Source: an uncultured Roseiflexaceae bacterium (GTDB lineage: Bacteria > Chloroflexota > Chloroflexia > Chloroflexales > Roseiflexaceae). Taken from it: DNA of 44,211 nt. Position numbers and translations under genes: made by a program. Shown one piece after another: positions 38,201-44,211 of this stretch (position 1 is its first letter; each line of letters starts with the position of its first letter). Below the pieces are notes generated by a model. The model was not told where the DNA came from and ran no database searches. It saw only the letters and a list, made by a program, of their open reading frames with translations. The DNA is taken from the NCBI GenBank assembly GCA_903889425.1, contig CAISXI010000325.1:1-44211 (forward strand). Reading direction: 5' to 3'.

Positions 38201-41200
38201 TAATTGATTCATATTGAATGCCGTCGTAAACACCCCGACATCATCAATCATGGCACCTTTGGCTGCCACAAATTGCCGTACAGCACCGAGGCTCAAATTG
38301 GCGTTTTGGAGCAGTCCTTGAATGGTAGCGCCCCCTACTTGGGCATTATCGAGATACGCCGCCACCGTTGTGGTCGTCGTCAGCGCGTTGGTGACGAGAC
38401 TTATGGTATGCCATTGATCATCAAGGATGGTCATCGGCAACACCGTGGCAATAGCAGCAGTATCACTAATGGTGGTGCTGACCTGTTGGGTGATTGCGTT
38501 GTAGTTCATGGCAATGCGTACTGCCGCACCACTCACATTCGGGGCAATCGTCAGCAGTCGGCCACTTTGGCTGCCAGTCGGAATTTTGACACGCAGGCTA
38601 TACGTTTTGCCGGTATTTTGCGTTTGCGTAATGGCATAGCCCATATAGACGCCATCGGTTTCTTTGCCGAACTGCATGGCATTGCTAGTAAACCCAGCCA
38701 CAATCGTAGGACACGAGATCCCTGGCGCCGTCAAGGCACCATTACACACCGCACTCTTGAGTGAACGCATCACATCAACCACCGGCAACACACTCTGGTT
38801 GAATGGCACGAAATAGTCAGTCACGGGGGCGAGGTTATCGTTTTCGGCAAAGCCATCATCGCGTACCGCAAAGCGTGTTTGGTGCAGGGTGGTGCCGCTC
38901 CCATTGGCGACATCTTTGCCGATGAGATCACTCGGTGTCAAGAAGTTGGATGACACCATAATGTTGTCGAGGTAGCCACGGAAGGGGTCTTCCACAGCCG
39001 CAGAATTCATGCCAGAACGAATCGCCCCGATCAACAAATCATCGGCTTCGGCAGGAGTATCAGCATCGACAAACGACGTTTGCACCAATGGCAACATAGC
39101 GGTATAACTGGTACCAACTTGCAGACCCATTTTGCGGTCAGCTTCGGTATAAATCAGGTTGTACCAGGTATCTTTCACGAGTGGCGGAGTGCTAATGGTT
39201 TTGTTGCCACGGTAGACCGACACCGTATAACCGGTACCGTTGAGCATCTTTGTGGCCTTGACACGGATGCGTGGGTTACTCGCGATACCACTACTCAACA
39301 ACGTGCCTGAATCATTTATTTTGAATTGCATGGCAATACTAAACACGTTATCAATCGCCCCAGTGGCATTGTGCACACTAATAAATTGATTCGTGCCTTC
39401 AATATTGAAACGGGCAATCCGTTGACCGTTCGTCATGTCGTAGGCAACAGTGGGACAGGTACTACAATCACTGACATAGCGGGTATTGGCGCGATTATCG
39501 AACTCTTTGTCACCATCATCAGACTCGAAATCGAGCTTGACCCGCAAGCCACGTTGCAAGGCAGGACGTCCGTCATACAGGTCTGACACACGCCCAGTAA
39601 TGCTGTTATTGGTCAGGTTACTCGGACCCACCAAATACAAATTAGCCGTGAGCGGAGAGGGGTTGACGATGACGTCGTGCGGGGGTGCACTGTCGATTTC
39701 GATCGGGTTTGCCGTCCCTGCCAACGCCAACGTGGCCTGATTCCCCATTTGGTCTTTGACATTTACATCTAAGAGGTAAAATCCATTGGGATTCGCCAAC
39801 GGAATCGCCAAATCGCTCTGCCACTTACCATTGACGACTGCCGCCGGTGTCGATTTCACAATCGTCGAACCATTGACGTTTTTGAGGGTCAGTGCCACTT
39901 CTTTGACACCACTCCCGGCATAATTCCCCGAATTTCTCAATACCGGATCACGCACGTCAATCCGCAGGCGTAGCAATTGGGTGTTGCTGCCAACCTCGCT
40001 GGTGGTGGTGTAGGGGACGGTAGTAGGAATACCAGCAATCGACATCTTAGGCAATAATAATGTCGCCGTCGGTGCAGTGGTGTCAATAAACACGGTGCCA
40101 CTGCCAATCGCCGCAGTCTGACTCAAGCCACGATTACTGACGGCGTCATAGACGGTCGTCGTAACATCGTATCGGCCTTCACTATTACTTGGCAAAAACG
40201 GACAGTAGGTGACTGCTTTGGGGTCAGCCTTGTCATTAATGGTATCGCTACAGACCGGAGTGCTTTTGAGCTCGATGCCACTCACTATGGTATCGACCCG
40301 CGATATAGCCGAGGTGGCATCGCTGGCACTGATTTGGAACATCTGGCCCGTCCCTGGGGCATATTCGGGGGTGGTCACCGTCACGACGGGATTATCGGCA
40401 TCGACCGTTACACTACCCATCGCCGTATTGACCATGCTCTGGGCATATTGCATGCGTGCGCTGGCAAAGTGGTAATAGCCGGGGAGGCTGCCTGGCGTCA
40501 ACGAGATATCATCAATATCGCCAGTAAATAGATTTACCGGATTGCCATTGGTATCGATTCGACCACCGATAAACATACGATAACTTGAATTAGGTGTCAC
40601 ATTAAAACTGGTGTTCCTATCAAGGTCACTGGCCCGGTCACTGCCGTTGAGATAATACTTAAGGGCTCCACCATTATTCCAACTCATGCTAAGCACATTC
40701 CATGTCATGGGCAGTGGAGTATTGGCGGTATAGGTAACTAGATTAGAAGCATTATCTTTTGCCGTAATCTGCAACTGGCGCGCTGAATTTATCTCAACCT
40801 TTAAGCCGATATCACCACTAGGCGTCCCATAATAAAACACTGTCCCGGCAGCTTTGGGTTGGAGCGTTAGTTGCATGGTGCCACCCACGTCGTTCGACAT
40901 TGCAGACATGATGCTATTGGGGTTCTTGACTTCGAGGATCGACGTCGTGCCATTGAAGCTGGCAGCCAAACCGTTTTGGCCAGCGACCCCAAACATTGGA
41001 CACGTCGCCGTAGCAAACACACCGATACAGGTTGCCGCCGCACTATACCGGGCAATGCCATTCCGCGTTTGATTGCTCTTGGGCGAGGTCAGCGTACCAA
41101 GCACGGCAGTACTATTGTCTGGGAGGCGGGTTTGTTGGACGTTGTAATCTTCGAAATCCAACGCCCAATTCGGTTCCATCGTCAACGGTTTGCTCGGAGT

Positions 41201-44200
41201 AGGCACAAACACGTTATCAGAATCTTTACTCACCGTCAGATTATCGAGATAACCACTATAGCCATAGCCGATTTTGAGGTCACCAATTGGGTCATTTTGC
41301 TGTTCATAGATATGGGTAAGCGCTGCAGGGTTCGATGCCAAATTACGACTGGTAAAGGCACCACCATTCACGGTAATGCTTTCACTATTCAAATCTGTTT
41401 GCACGGTAATGCGTGACCATTGCCCGAGTGGTACGACTTCAGTCGAAATCAACACTGTACTCGGCCAATCATAGCGGCGATATGCGGGGTCGGTAACGTT
41501 GATCAACTTGTGCGGGAGATTAGGGATCTTACTATCCCACCTAAGAATATCGGACCCTTCAAATCGCTGATTCACCGCATGTTTGACAGTGATATGGCCG
41601 GTAGCATCCAAACCAATTTCCATCAATTTATGATCAATGATTCTGCCACCATATGCAGTCGGTTTAATCCAAAAGTCAAACTTGGCCGGAACTTGCGACT
41701 GACCTGCAGGTGTGCCGCCTGTCAAAAATTTCATAAACTGGGTATCGGCAGGTACTGTCAACCATTGGGCAGAATCAATACTATAACTACGTGTCCGTCG
41801 ATAACAATTTGAGTATGGTTTTAGTGGTATATTTGCAATATAAAATTGAGGATGAAAATTATGTAGAAAAGCTCGAACCTCTCTCGAAAAAGGAAAGTCA
41901 CATACCGTATTTGCGGTAGGCAGTATCTGCGCCGGGTTCCACCAATACCAAAATCCATGACCAGGAGTTCCACTCGGAGGATTCGTAGATTCTTTAGGCA
42001 GCTCATTTTTGGGCGTACTATTAAACCACAGCGCATTCCCCGTCACCCCTGGCACACCACTTTGAGGACAGGTGCCGGGTTCACAATTAACCACGATGTT
42101 ATCGGTACGTGGCATGTTAATAATATCTCTAAAGTTGCTCGACAGCGCTGGCTCATCGAATGCCAATTGCATTTGGGTGGTAGGTCCAGCCGTACTATCG
42201 TGCTCGAAATCAAGATCACTCTGGACGACTTTGACGCGTGCCTCGGCATTATATGTCAGCACATCAGTGCGAGGCGTGATACCACTTACACTCGTGCCTT
42301 GGCTCCCCAGCAAACTACTCGCAATCGCACTAATGCTGGCATCATTCAAGACTGTTTTGTAGATACGGAAGTTGACCAGATACGGCGACTGCCCAGCCAA
42401 CGCCGAATGAATGGTAACCGGATCTTGCAAAGACAGCGTTTGGTCATTTAATACCGCACTCATCGGGGCATTCCCTGATTGATACAGCGTAATCCGGTAT
42501 TGTTTGAGCTTGGGCATCATGGTCAAACTCAACACTGCTAACCCAGGGGTAAGTTCACGTGAAATCACCGCAGCCACATTGGGGTCGGTAAAGAACATCA
42601 GCCGTGGGCGACATGAATCGTCCAAACCCAAGCGTGTGCCACCATTCGTTGAGGTCAGGATGGGCAGATAGGCACAATTACTGGGAACTTGGATTTTGCT
42701 TACAATGGTGAAATCTTGTTGATTCAACAATGATTCATAGCCACTGGGGAGGTTCTTTTGAATAGTTGCGGGTTCGCCAACAACCGCAGCGGCCATCCCT
42801 TGGAAGATGGGATTGGGTGACCATGACGCCCGCGTGAGCTTCACTTGTTCGGCGCCACCAAAAACCGAGGCATCTTGGTCAACAGCACCATCATTGCCAC
42901 TGGGATTGACACAGACAATCAGCAAGGCATCGTCACACCCTTGACCCCATGCCAAAATTTGATTTTCGGTGAGCGCATCGCTATATATTTGCACATCGCG
43001 AATCGTCCCCGTCGCATTGAGATTTTGAGCGTTGTCTGAGCCCACATACAATGCAGAAACATTGCTTGCGCTCCGCGTGCCGATAAAATAATCCGGATAG
43101 TATATTCCATTAAACGAATACCCACTAAAATTCGCCAGCAACACGCCGGTGGGGCCTTGCGTTACGGCGATACCATTCACATAGATGGTAGCTACTGATT
43201 TCGCCACCCGATAGGTCAGCTGATACCAGGTATTGTTGCTCAATGCGGTCGGTGCCACAATATCAGTGCTCCCCGGCATACTGATTGACGGCTTATTGTC
43301 GGTTAACCCCAACCGAAACGTGCCCTGATCATTGGCTATCAATGTACGTTTACTGAGTGATGCGGTACCAGTGAATCGGAACCGCAAACCAATCGTAAAA
43401 TCACTATTATCAAGTTGTTGCACCACCTGTGTGGGAATGTTCAACCGTGAAAAATCACTATTTTGACCAAATTCCCAACCATCACTGTTGTAGCGTGGAC
43501 AGGTCGCTTGGGTACCACCAGTGCTATTGGTACATTCAATGACATAGCTGTTTGTAGAAACATCCGTAAAGATTTTTGTTGTTGTGCTCGTATCGGGTTC
43601 ATCTAGCTTCAGACATAATATCGCACCCATATACTGACATCCTTGAGCGAGATAGCGAGTCGCCCCAGTCTGGGCAGGATCAACTATCCCTGGCACCGTC
43701 AGCGTGTTTTGGAAGGTGTTGGCAGCATTGGCAGCCATCGCAAATGGGACAAGATCACGCTTGGTTACTACATTTGTATTGCCACTTTGAGACGAAAAGG
43801 TAGTATATCCCTGTAAACTACGACCAAGTAATTCGTTTTTGAGGCTTGCTTGGAGCGTCACCCGGTCACCAGGGCGGACCACATTATCGCTACGATTTGA
43901 CAACCTACCCAACTGCAGTTGATTAACTTCACTTGCCGTTAATGCCGTATTAAAGAGTACGACATCGTCCATACCCCCAAAGAAACGTGCGAAATCGAAA
44001 CAACCATCACAGCCCATCGACATCACGCCACTGGTAATATTTTTGAGCAGGCTAGCTGAACCGATTGGTGTATGAATCTGTGTTTGCACCCCATTTATGT
44101 AGATTTTGATAAATTTCCCGTCAGAAACCAGCGCTACATGCGTCCATTGATTGTCTGGTACCCCGCCATTACTACAAATCGAAGATACAGAAACACAAAT

Positions 44201-44211
44201 TCCTCTGGTAA
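29282..44211 (-). CDS. Giant multidomain surface protein (>4970 aa; 5' end beyond the right edge): many LamG-like domains, Ig-like repeats, two F5/8-C/F-type-lectin-like domains, beta-propeller, P-domain, RCC1 repeats, Fn3-like C-terminus
   Basis: The frame stays open from 44089 to the edge (..NQWTHVALVSDGKFIKIYING), so the track's GTG is not the start. LamG GxxDD(V/I)x(I/L)(F/Y)xxAL motifs; DxxGN and DxxAP Ig-like ends; ETNPWWQYPLG twice; P-domain LESPSGTRVALL...GTWALLACD; RCC1 AGxxHxVALxxDGTVVAWG. Confidence 0.9.
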   Translation of the reverse strand, partial: TRGICVSVSSICSNGGVPDNQWTHVALVSDGKFIKIYINGVQTQIHTPIGSASLLKNITSGVMSMGCDGCFDFARFFGGMDDVVLFNTALTASEVNQLQLGRLSNRSDNVVRPGDRVTLQASLKNELLGRSLQGYTTFSSQSGNTNVVTKRDLVPFAMAANAANTFQNTLTVPGIVDPAQTGATRYLAQGCQYMGAILCLKLDEPDTSTTTKIFTDVSTNSYVIECTNSTGGTQATCPRYNSDGWEFGQNSDFSRLNIPTQVVQQLDNSDFTIGLRFRFTGTASLSKRTLIANDQGTFRLGLTDNKPSISMPGSTDIVAPTALSNNTWYQLTYRVAKSVATIYVNGIAVTQGPTGVLLANFSGYSFNGIYYPDYFIGTRSASNVSALYVGSDNAQNLNATGTIRDVQIYSDALTENQILAWGQGCDDALLIVCVNPSGNDGAVDQDASVFGGAEQVKLTRASWSPNPIFQGMAAAVVGEPATIQKNLPSGYESLLNQQDFTIVSKIQVPSNCAYLPILTSTNGGTRLGLDDSCRPRLMFFTDPNVAAVISRELTPGLAVLSLTMMPKLKQYRITLYQSGNAPMSAVLNDQTLSLQDPVTIHSALAGQSPYLVNFRIYKTVLNDASISAIASSLLGSQGTSVSGITPRTDVLTYNAEARVKVVQSDLDFEHDSTAGPTTQMQLAFDEPALSSNFRDIINMPRTDNIVVNCEPGTCPQSGVPGVTGNALWFNSTPKNELPKESTNPPSGTPGHGFWYWWNPAQILPTANTVCDFPFSREVRAFLHNFHPQFYIANIPLKPYSNCYRRTRSYSIDSAQWLTVPADTQFMKFLTGGTPAGQSQVPAKFDFWIKPTAYGGRIIDHKLMEIGLDATGHITVKHAVNQRFEGSDILRWDSKIPNLPHKLINVTDPAYRRYDWPSTVLISTEVVPLGQWSRITVQTDLNSESITVNGGAFTSRNLASNPAALTHIYEQQNDPIGDLKIGYGYSGYLDNLTVSKDSDNVFVPTPSKPLTMEPNWALDFEDYNVQQTRLPDNSTAVLGTLTSPKSNQTRNGIARYSAAATCIGVFATATCPMFGVAGQNGLAASFNGTTSILEVKNPNSIMSAMSNDVGGTMQLTLQPKAAGTVFYYGTPSGDIGLKVEINSARQLQITAKDNASNLVTYTANTPLPMTWNVLSMSWNNGGALKYYLNGSDRASDLDRNTSFNVTPNSSYRMFIGGRIDTNGNPVNLFTGDIDDISLTPGSLPGYYHFASARMQYAQSMVNTAMGSVTVDADNPVVTVTTPEYAPGTGQMFQISASDATSAISRVDTIVSGIELKSTPVCSDTINDKADPKAVTYCPFLPSNSEGRYDVTTTVYDAVSNRGLSQTAAIGSGTVFIDTTAPTATLLLPKMSIAGIPTTVPYTTTSEVGSNTQLLRLRIDVRDPVLRNSGNYAGSGVKEVALTLKNVNGSTIVKSTPAAVVNGKWQSDLAIPLANPNGFYLLDVNVKDQMGNQATLALAGTANPIEIDSAPPHDVIVNPSPLTANLYLVGPSNLTNNSITGRVSDLYDGRPALQRGLRVKLDFESDDGDKEFDNRANTRYVSDCSTCPTVAYDMTNGQRIARFNIEGTNQFISVHNATGAIDNVFSIAMQFKINDSGTLLSSGIASNPRIRVKATKMLNGTGYTVSVYRGNKTISTPPLVKDTWYNLIYTEADRKMGLQVGTSYTAMLPLVQTSFVDADTPAEADDLLIGAIRSGMNSAAVEDPFRGYLDNIMVSSNFLTPSDLIGKDVANGSGTTLHQTRFAVRDDGFAENDNLAPVTDYFVPFNQSVLPVVDVMRSLKSAVCNGALTAPGISCPTIVAGFTSNAMQFGKETDGVYMGYAITQTQNTGKTYSLRVKIPTGSQSGRLLTIAPNVSGAAVRIAMNYNAITQQVSTTISDTAAIATVLPMTILDDQWHTISLVTNALTTTTTVAAYLDNAQVGGATIQGLLQNANLSLGAVRQFVAAKGAMIDDVGVFTTAFNMNQLRSLVFGNGPVYFETFDTIDTSADSTRPDDSLFAQPSNYRNTQATPGLVGSGALNSGATTVVNHIDSRGLSWVNPNEPWSISTWLKFNSTSSSGVIARNREGSASGANGAFVLEKIGAKLKFSHWNQSITTGDVITQTTTPMHVVMNSDGKTMALWVDGQNVITGTVATGGNDTITNNLTKLVQTGESPTASSTATGSNRDNAADSNATTVFTTNSETNPWWQYPLGTDPVRIDQIVIRNIPDSATTLHRLHVIVSNDANTSYSTADSSAVWHTFIPGDLGAITVLQLPYGTMGRFVRVQIEGPNQVLALPEIEINQALVLNLNSTTASIDDFRLYRHDLTSVNITTLGAMSWRASALTAREDGFSWQRQLPSGLEIDAKIQSTTTDRNDNTRVGVGEQTLWDGRIDTRAPDVKAREIPIANTNLYSYTVQIDERNLNVNLLQTPCGSRFEKTLSVATSLWYRVRSSAFDGSFIEPTHLDGGCVYGDTPDVVQQLAQPISTTKSIVFGSRYAYAGGVNTVSVIDTQNTVNLVQNSLPVVGTVLQLLMSRNKNRLYALSTSNTPTNRVIITIFDIPTNNSTLTLRGSVAVPLATGATLQDGALTSYYDASVYTDNFLQLLVNSTPQQIISVQVSNPDQPTQITSTSLDASVTSYDMDASYDIVALAQGIGGVAFWQVNPNGTMQYKSSYRTGSYLNRVIFKDTTAIVLDDDEPYTEGMQPTSPNTMRIVPVISSIAAGQATLINPIVAQSNYVHIVPTSTEDVAPYRILDVTPYLGGDVVALSADSSNANRFRLSMISTDSITPTLRSDTLITNANVKRVVSSNNSILTMANSGQASQLQAFVVTDRRLETRLCDQAGNCTEQAPRSRNTLRLSRTAPAQGSVQIINVTNAYTTTTQSLTFHAEAPSGVQTIQMKIDGNAPQTVWTAPSGDPLAAVETDTTLTGLSQTSHTVQGINNFNNLLTAKTQYYAPIIEATLPITDVLHTVGSDSCIAGNTAPGITCPAIVSGFTGNALQLSSATDGIRMGYAITQTMETSRSVSMRIKIPSNGVSGRIATIAPLTGSDPALKLWFDYDSAGNQINTSLVDTSGITQTSPVSIPDTAWHLLTVVSSVVTDSSTVMIYLDGALVESMAGPGLFTNAALVLGAAPLNSAATNVMVDDIAVFSDALTTDNLQNLLAGDVITPKQTVTPVYTFFVDNVAPQITLIDKFIGFNRIIDGIITARLVITDVSDLVSIQTINRLTGSQIGNSDARVGDVTNVSVFYPEAIVQGTVGVITPTLPLSIIATDSAQHTTILNTFIQIDNDPPVVVNGATNAAVNGVITPITANIPVTRTNNLDLHVGWTQLRDLVSVPLKVLEYTVQTITDTQSLTTSVTLGNRSPAMLTREGSRIVPSLRLRDSIGNEGVTALPIVYVDSAVTPDYTQIATTNEIYRGWLGNGCATLGESNVKGLQRFTTTWDSQNLRINWQGADWNVDGDLFIYLDSVDGGTVQPYRPSKYTQTLSDSVALGDAFVTLPVNMAGRSIGLSNSAASWATRLLNAQQAQPRATTIQGADYVIHVQSSDTVTLLRWDSGTSSWVRASMLPEFRYGTQNSINQTDLRIPFSQINYAIGQPFGMVAFASAKTALLPWAVFPTTNPTRLDRGTDKIVLTPLLNGYSWSTLGDGVCPRKDAANPDTTQVVSSLTSTPGGTYQRTIIDNFANTDPDAIANAIMQTQAMCAVLTSDSWCKTVSQLADTTTAGSAILAGFANTLVSQQTPVVGDNSVVTYTLQIQNTSNRPTRPLYGIVRTYGGIWLTGTVNAGATTGIISGNVYDYHTVANPNYYDYQVVKIDRIPANSTQSVIVRAKIDPRKSQPSDADRMKTSTVAKIEVRITDDSSATALNSTARTIEWLNAGIRIDTQAPTLIHADNQQVVRTGNVVLTGSVKDDSTVPNVQLEYRFDSGTTTAIGCGAAVAGQWRCAITVPSTATTMNYRVRASDTYNQLSPWSAWYSAQIDRDKPIFQLDAASINLLGATYVGGKTIQISGLLSDTTSTADMMVCDEQQANCAIASTTSQIRPTTTYTTTVATTMAIAAQPCATTDLEGYTRYPINVTTAGTSRIGALTVNTSIAHGAANEVDVWLESPSGTRVALLNTDRGAGVNIRATFADTAVAGSTTLTGTTALGATYKLVKPDGTLADFASEPGNGTWALLACDRTSNGTNGNITGAELVMTSATNDQSVNAPWTYTLANTANQDNVTRRIQFWAKDVAGNVSNAQNTTIRIDTVAPSITVFQNAVTVLPSTASVPFQGTISDGGQIQSLTANVYAGTSQVATIALTPVDATSNDVKRLNYLLNRALRTYTWNMPLDTTTYAPGNYRVQFVVRDAVGNLRRSDEYTINVPVKTLPSMRDIQVTGSLNANEQTIRYKLDTGYAVTAVNAQIALDSSITTPYTGTVVQGWKDDGTSDTVLQTAIPAAIQTKQITKLDMNNDIAAALDHDGVLYTWPIDTDPDHLLTSNEIAGTTPITNVVQFSIAEQYAWDNYLLTLDRAGRVTEYYRPEGDPHVVKTVVLNTTYQNGKIIGVDAGYRHNVALLSTGKVIAWWHDVCEDLDDPDNDPPAYCDPSSPNYPITIPAKALYGVAQVQAGVDFSVALRNDGTVVAWGSPINNHLAIPSTIKTVTQIAVGAEHVVALQEDGTVVAWGENSAGQTIIPEGLSDVIFVAAGGASSAAVTRSGKVVAWGETDFVKQGGASAVALNYSYCTPADECGTDLVQMGQSPTASSVVQGSNVDYVTDNNSATSFISTLETNPWWQYPLGATSVPVNQIIIGSPRISLLPTTSLHVMVSDNPNTTFSSADWNWHYVTDTVDVNMVLDLPPGITGKYVRLQLEGTNEVLALSGIEIYQTNGNFDVPAQVITVNQTATQTKSQQVNAAVSFNTGTAVFTGVIPGRRYRYTLTATNTQGTQTYTGTFTSNQTFNRLYTPLLSNSSPVAPPASSGR

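Noticed and set aside
41460..42025. Diversity-generating retroelement target in the giant protein
   Set aside because: No reverse transcriptase and no template/variable repeat pair differing at adenines is visible in the window
44087..44089. GTG start of the giant ORF
   Set aside because: The frame is open to the window edge and this position is mid-LamG domain

Overview
A 44 kb bacterial chromosomal segment of moderate GC. The gene styles (tandem-domain solute-binding lipoprotein next to an MFP and an FtsX-type permease, Pro/Thr-linker lipoproteins, giant LamG/RCC1 surface proteins) suggest Chloroflexota; this is inference, with no marker gene in the window. Left to right: the 5' part of ppc (running off the left edge); an SBP-MFP-FtsX/MacB-like operon with no ATPase; two tandem surface paralogues with a papain-like Cys-His-Asp motif set; a YjhG/YagF-type xylonate dehydratase; a four-gene cluster; a triple-fasciclin lipoprotein; a UvrD-family helicase; and two coupled large surface proteins (1624 aa, and more than 4970 aa running off the right edge). 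The four-gene cluster comprises a membrane-anchored Swt1-like HEPN protein, two TIGR02452/PARG-like macrodomain paralogues with altered or lost catalytic motifs, and a Zn-dependent HDAC behind a perfect 36-bp palindrome. The best candidates for novelty are this HEPN/PARG/HDAC cluster, the papain-like pair, and the nested domain insertions of the giant protein. I saw no rRNA, tRNA, CRISPR array, transposase or integrase. All family calls come from reading motifs by eye; no searches were run.
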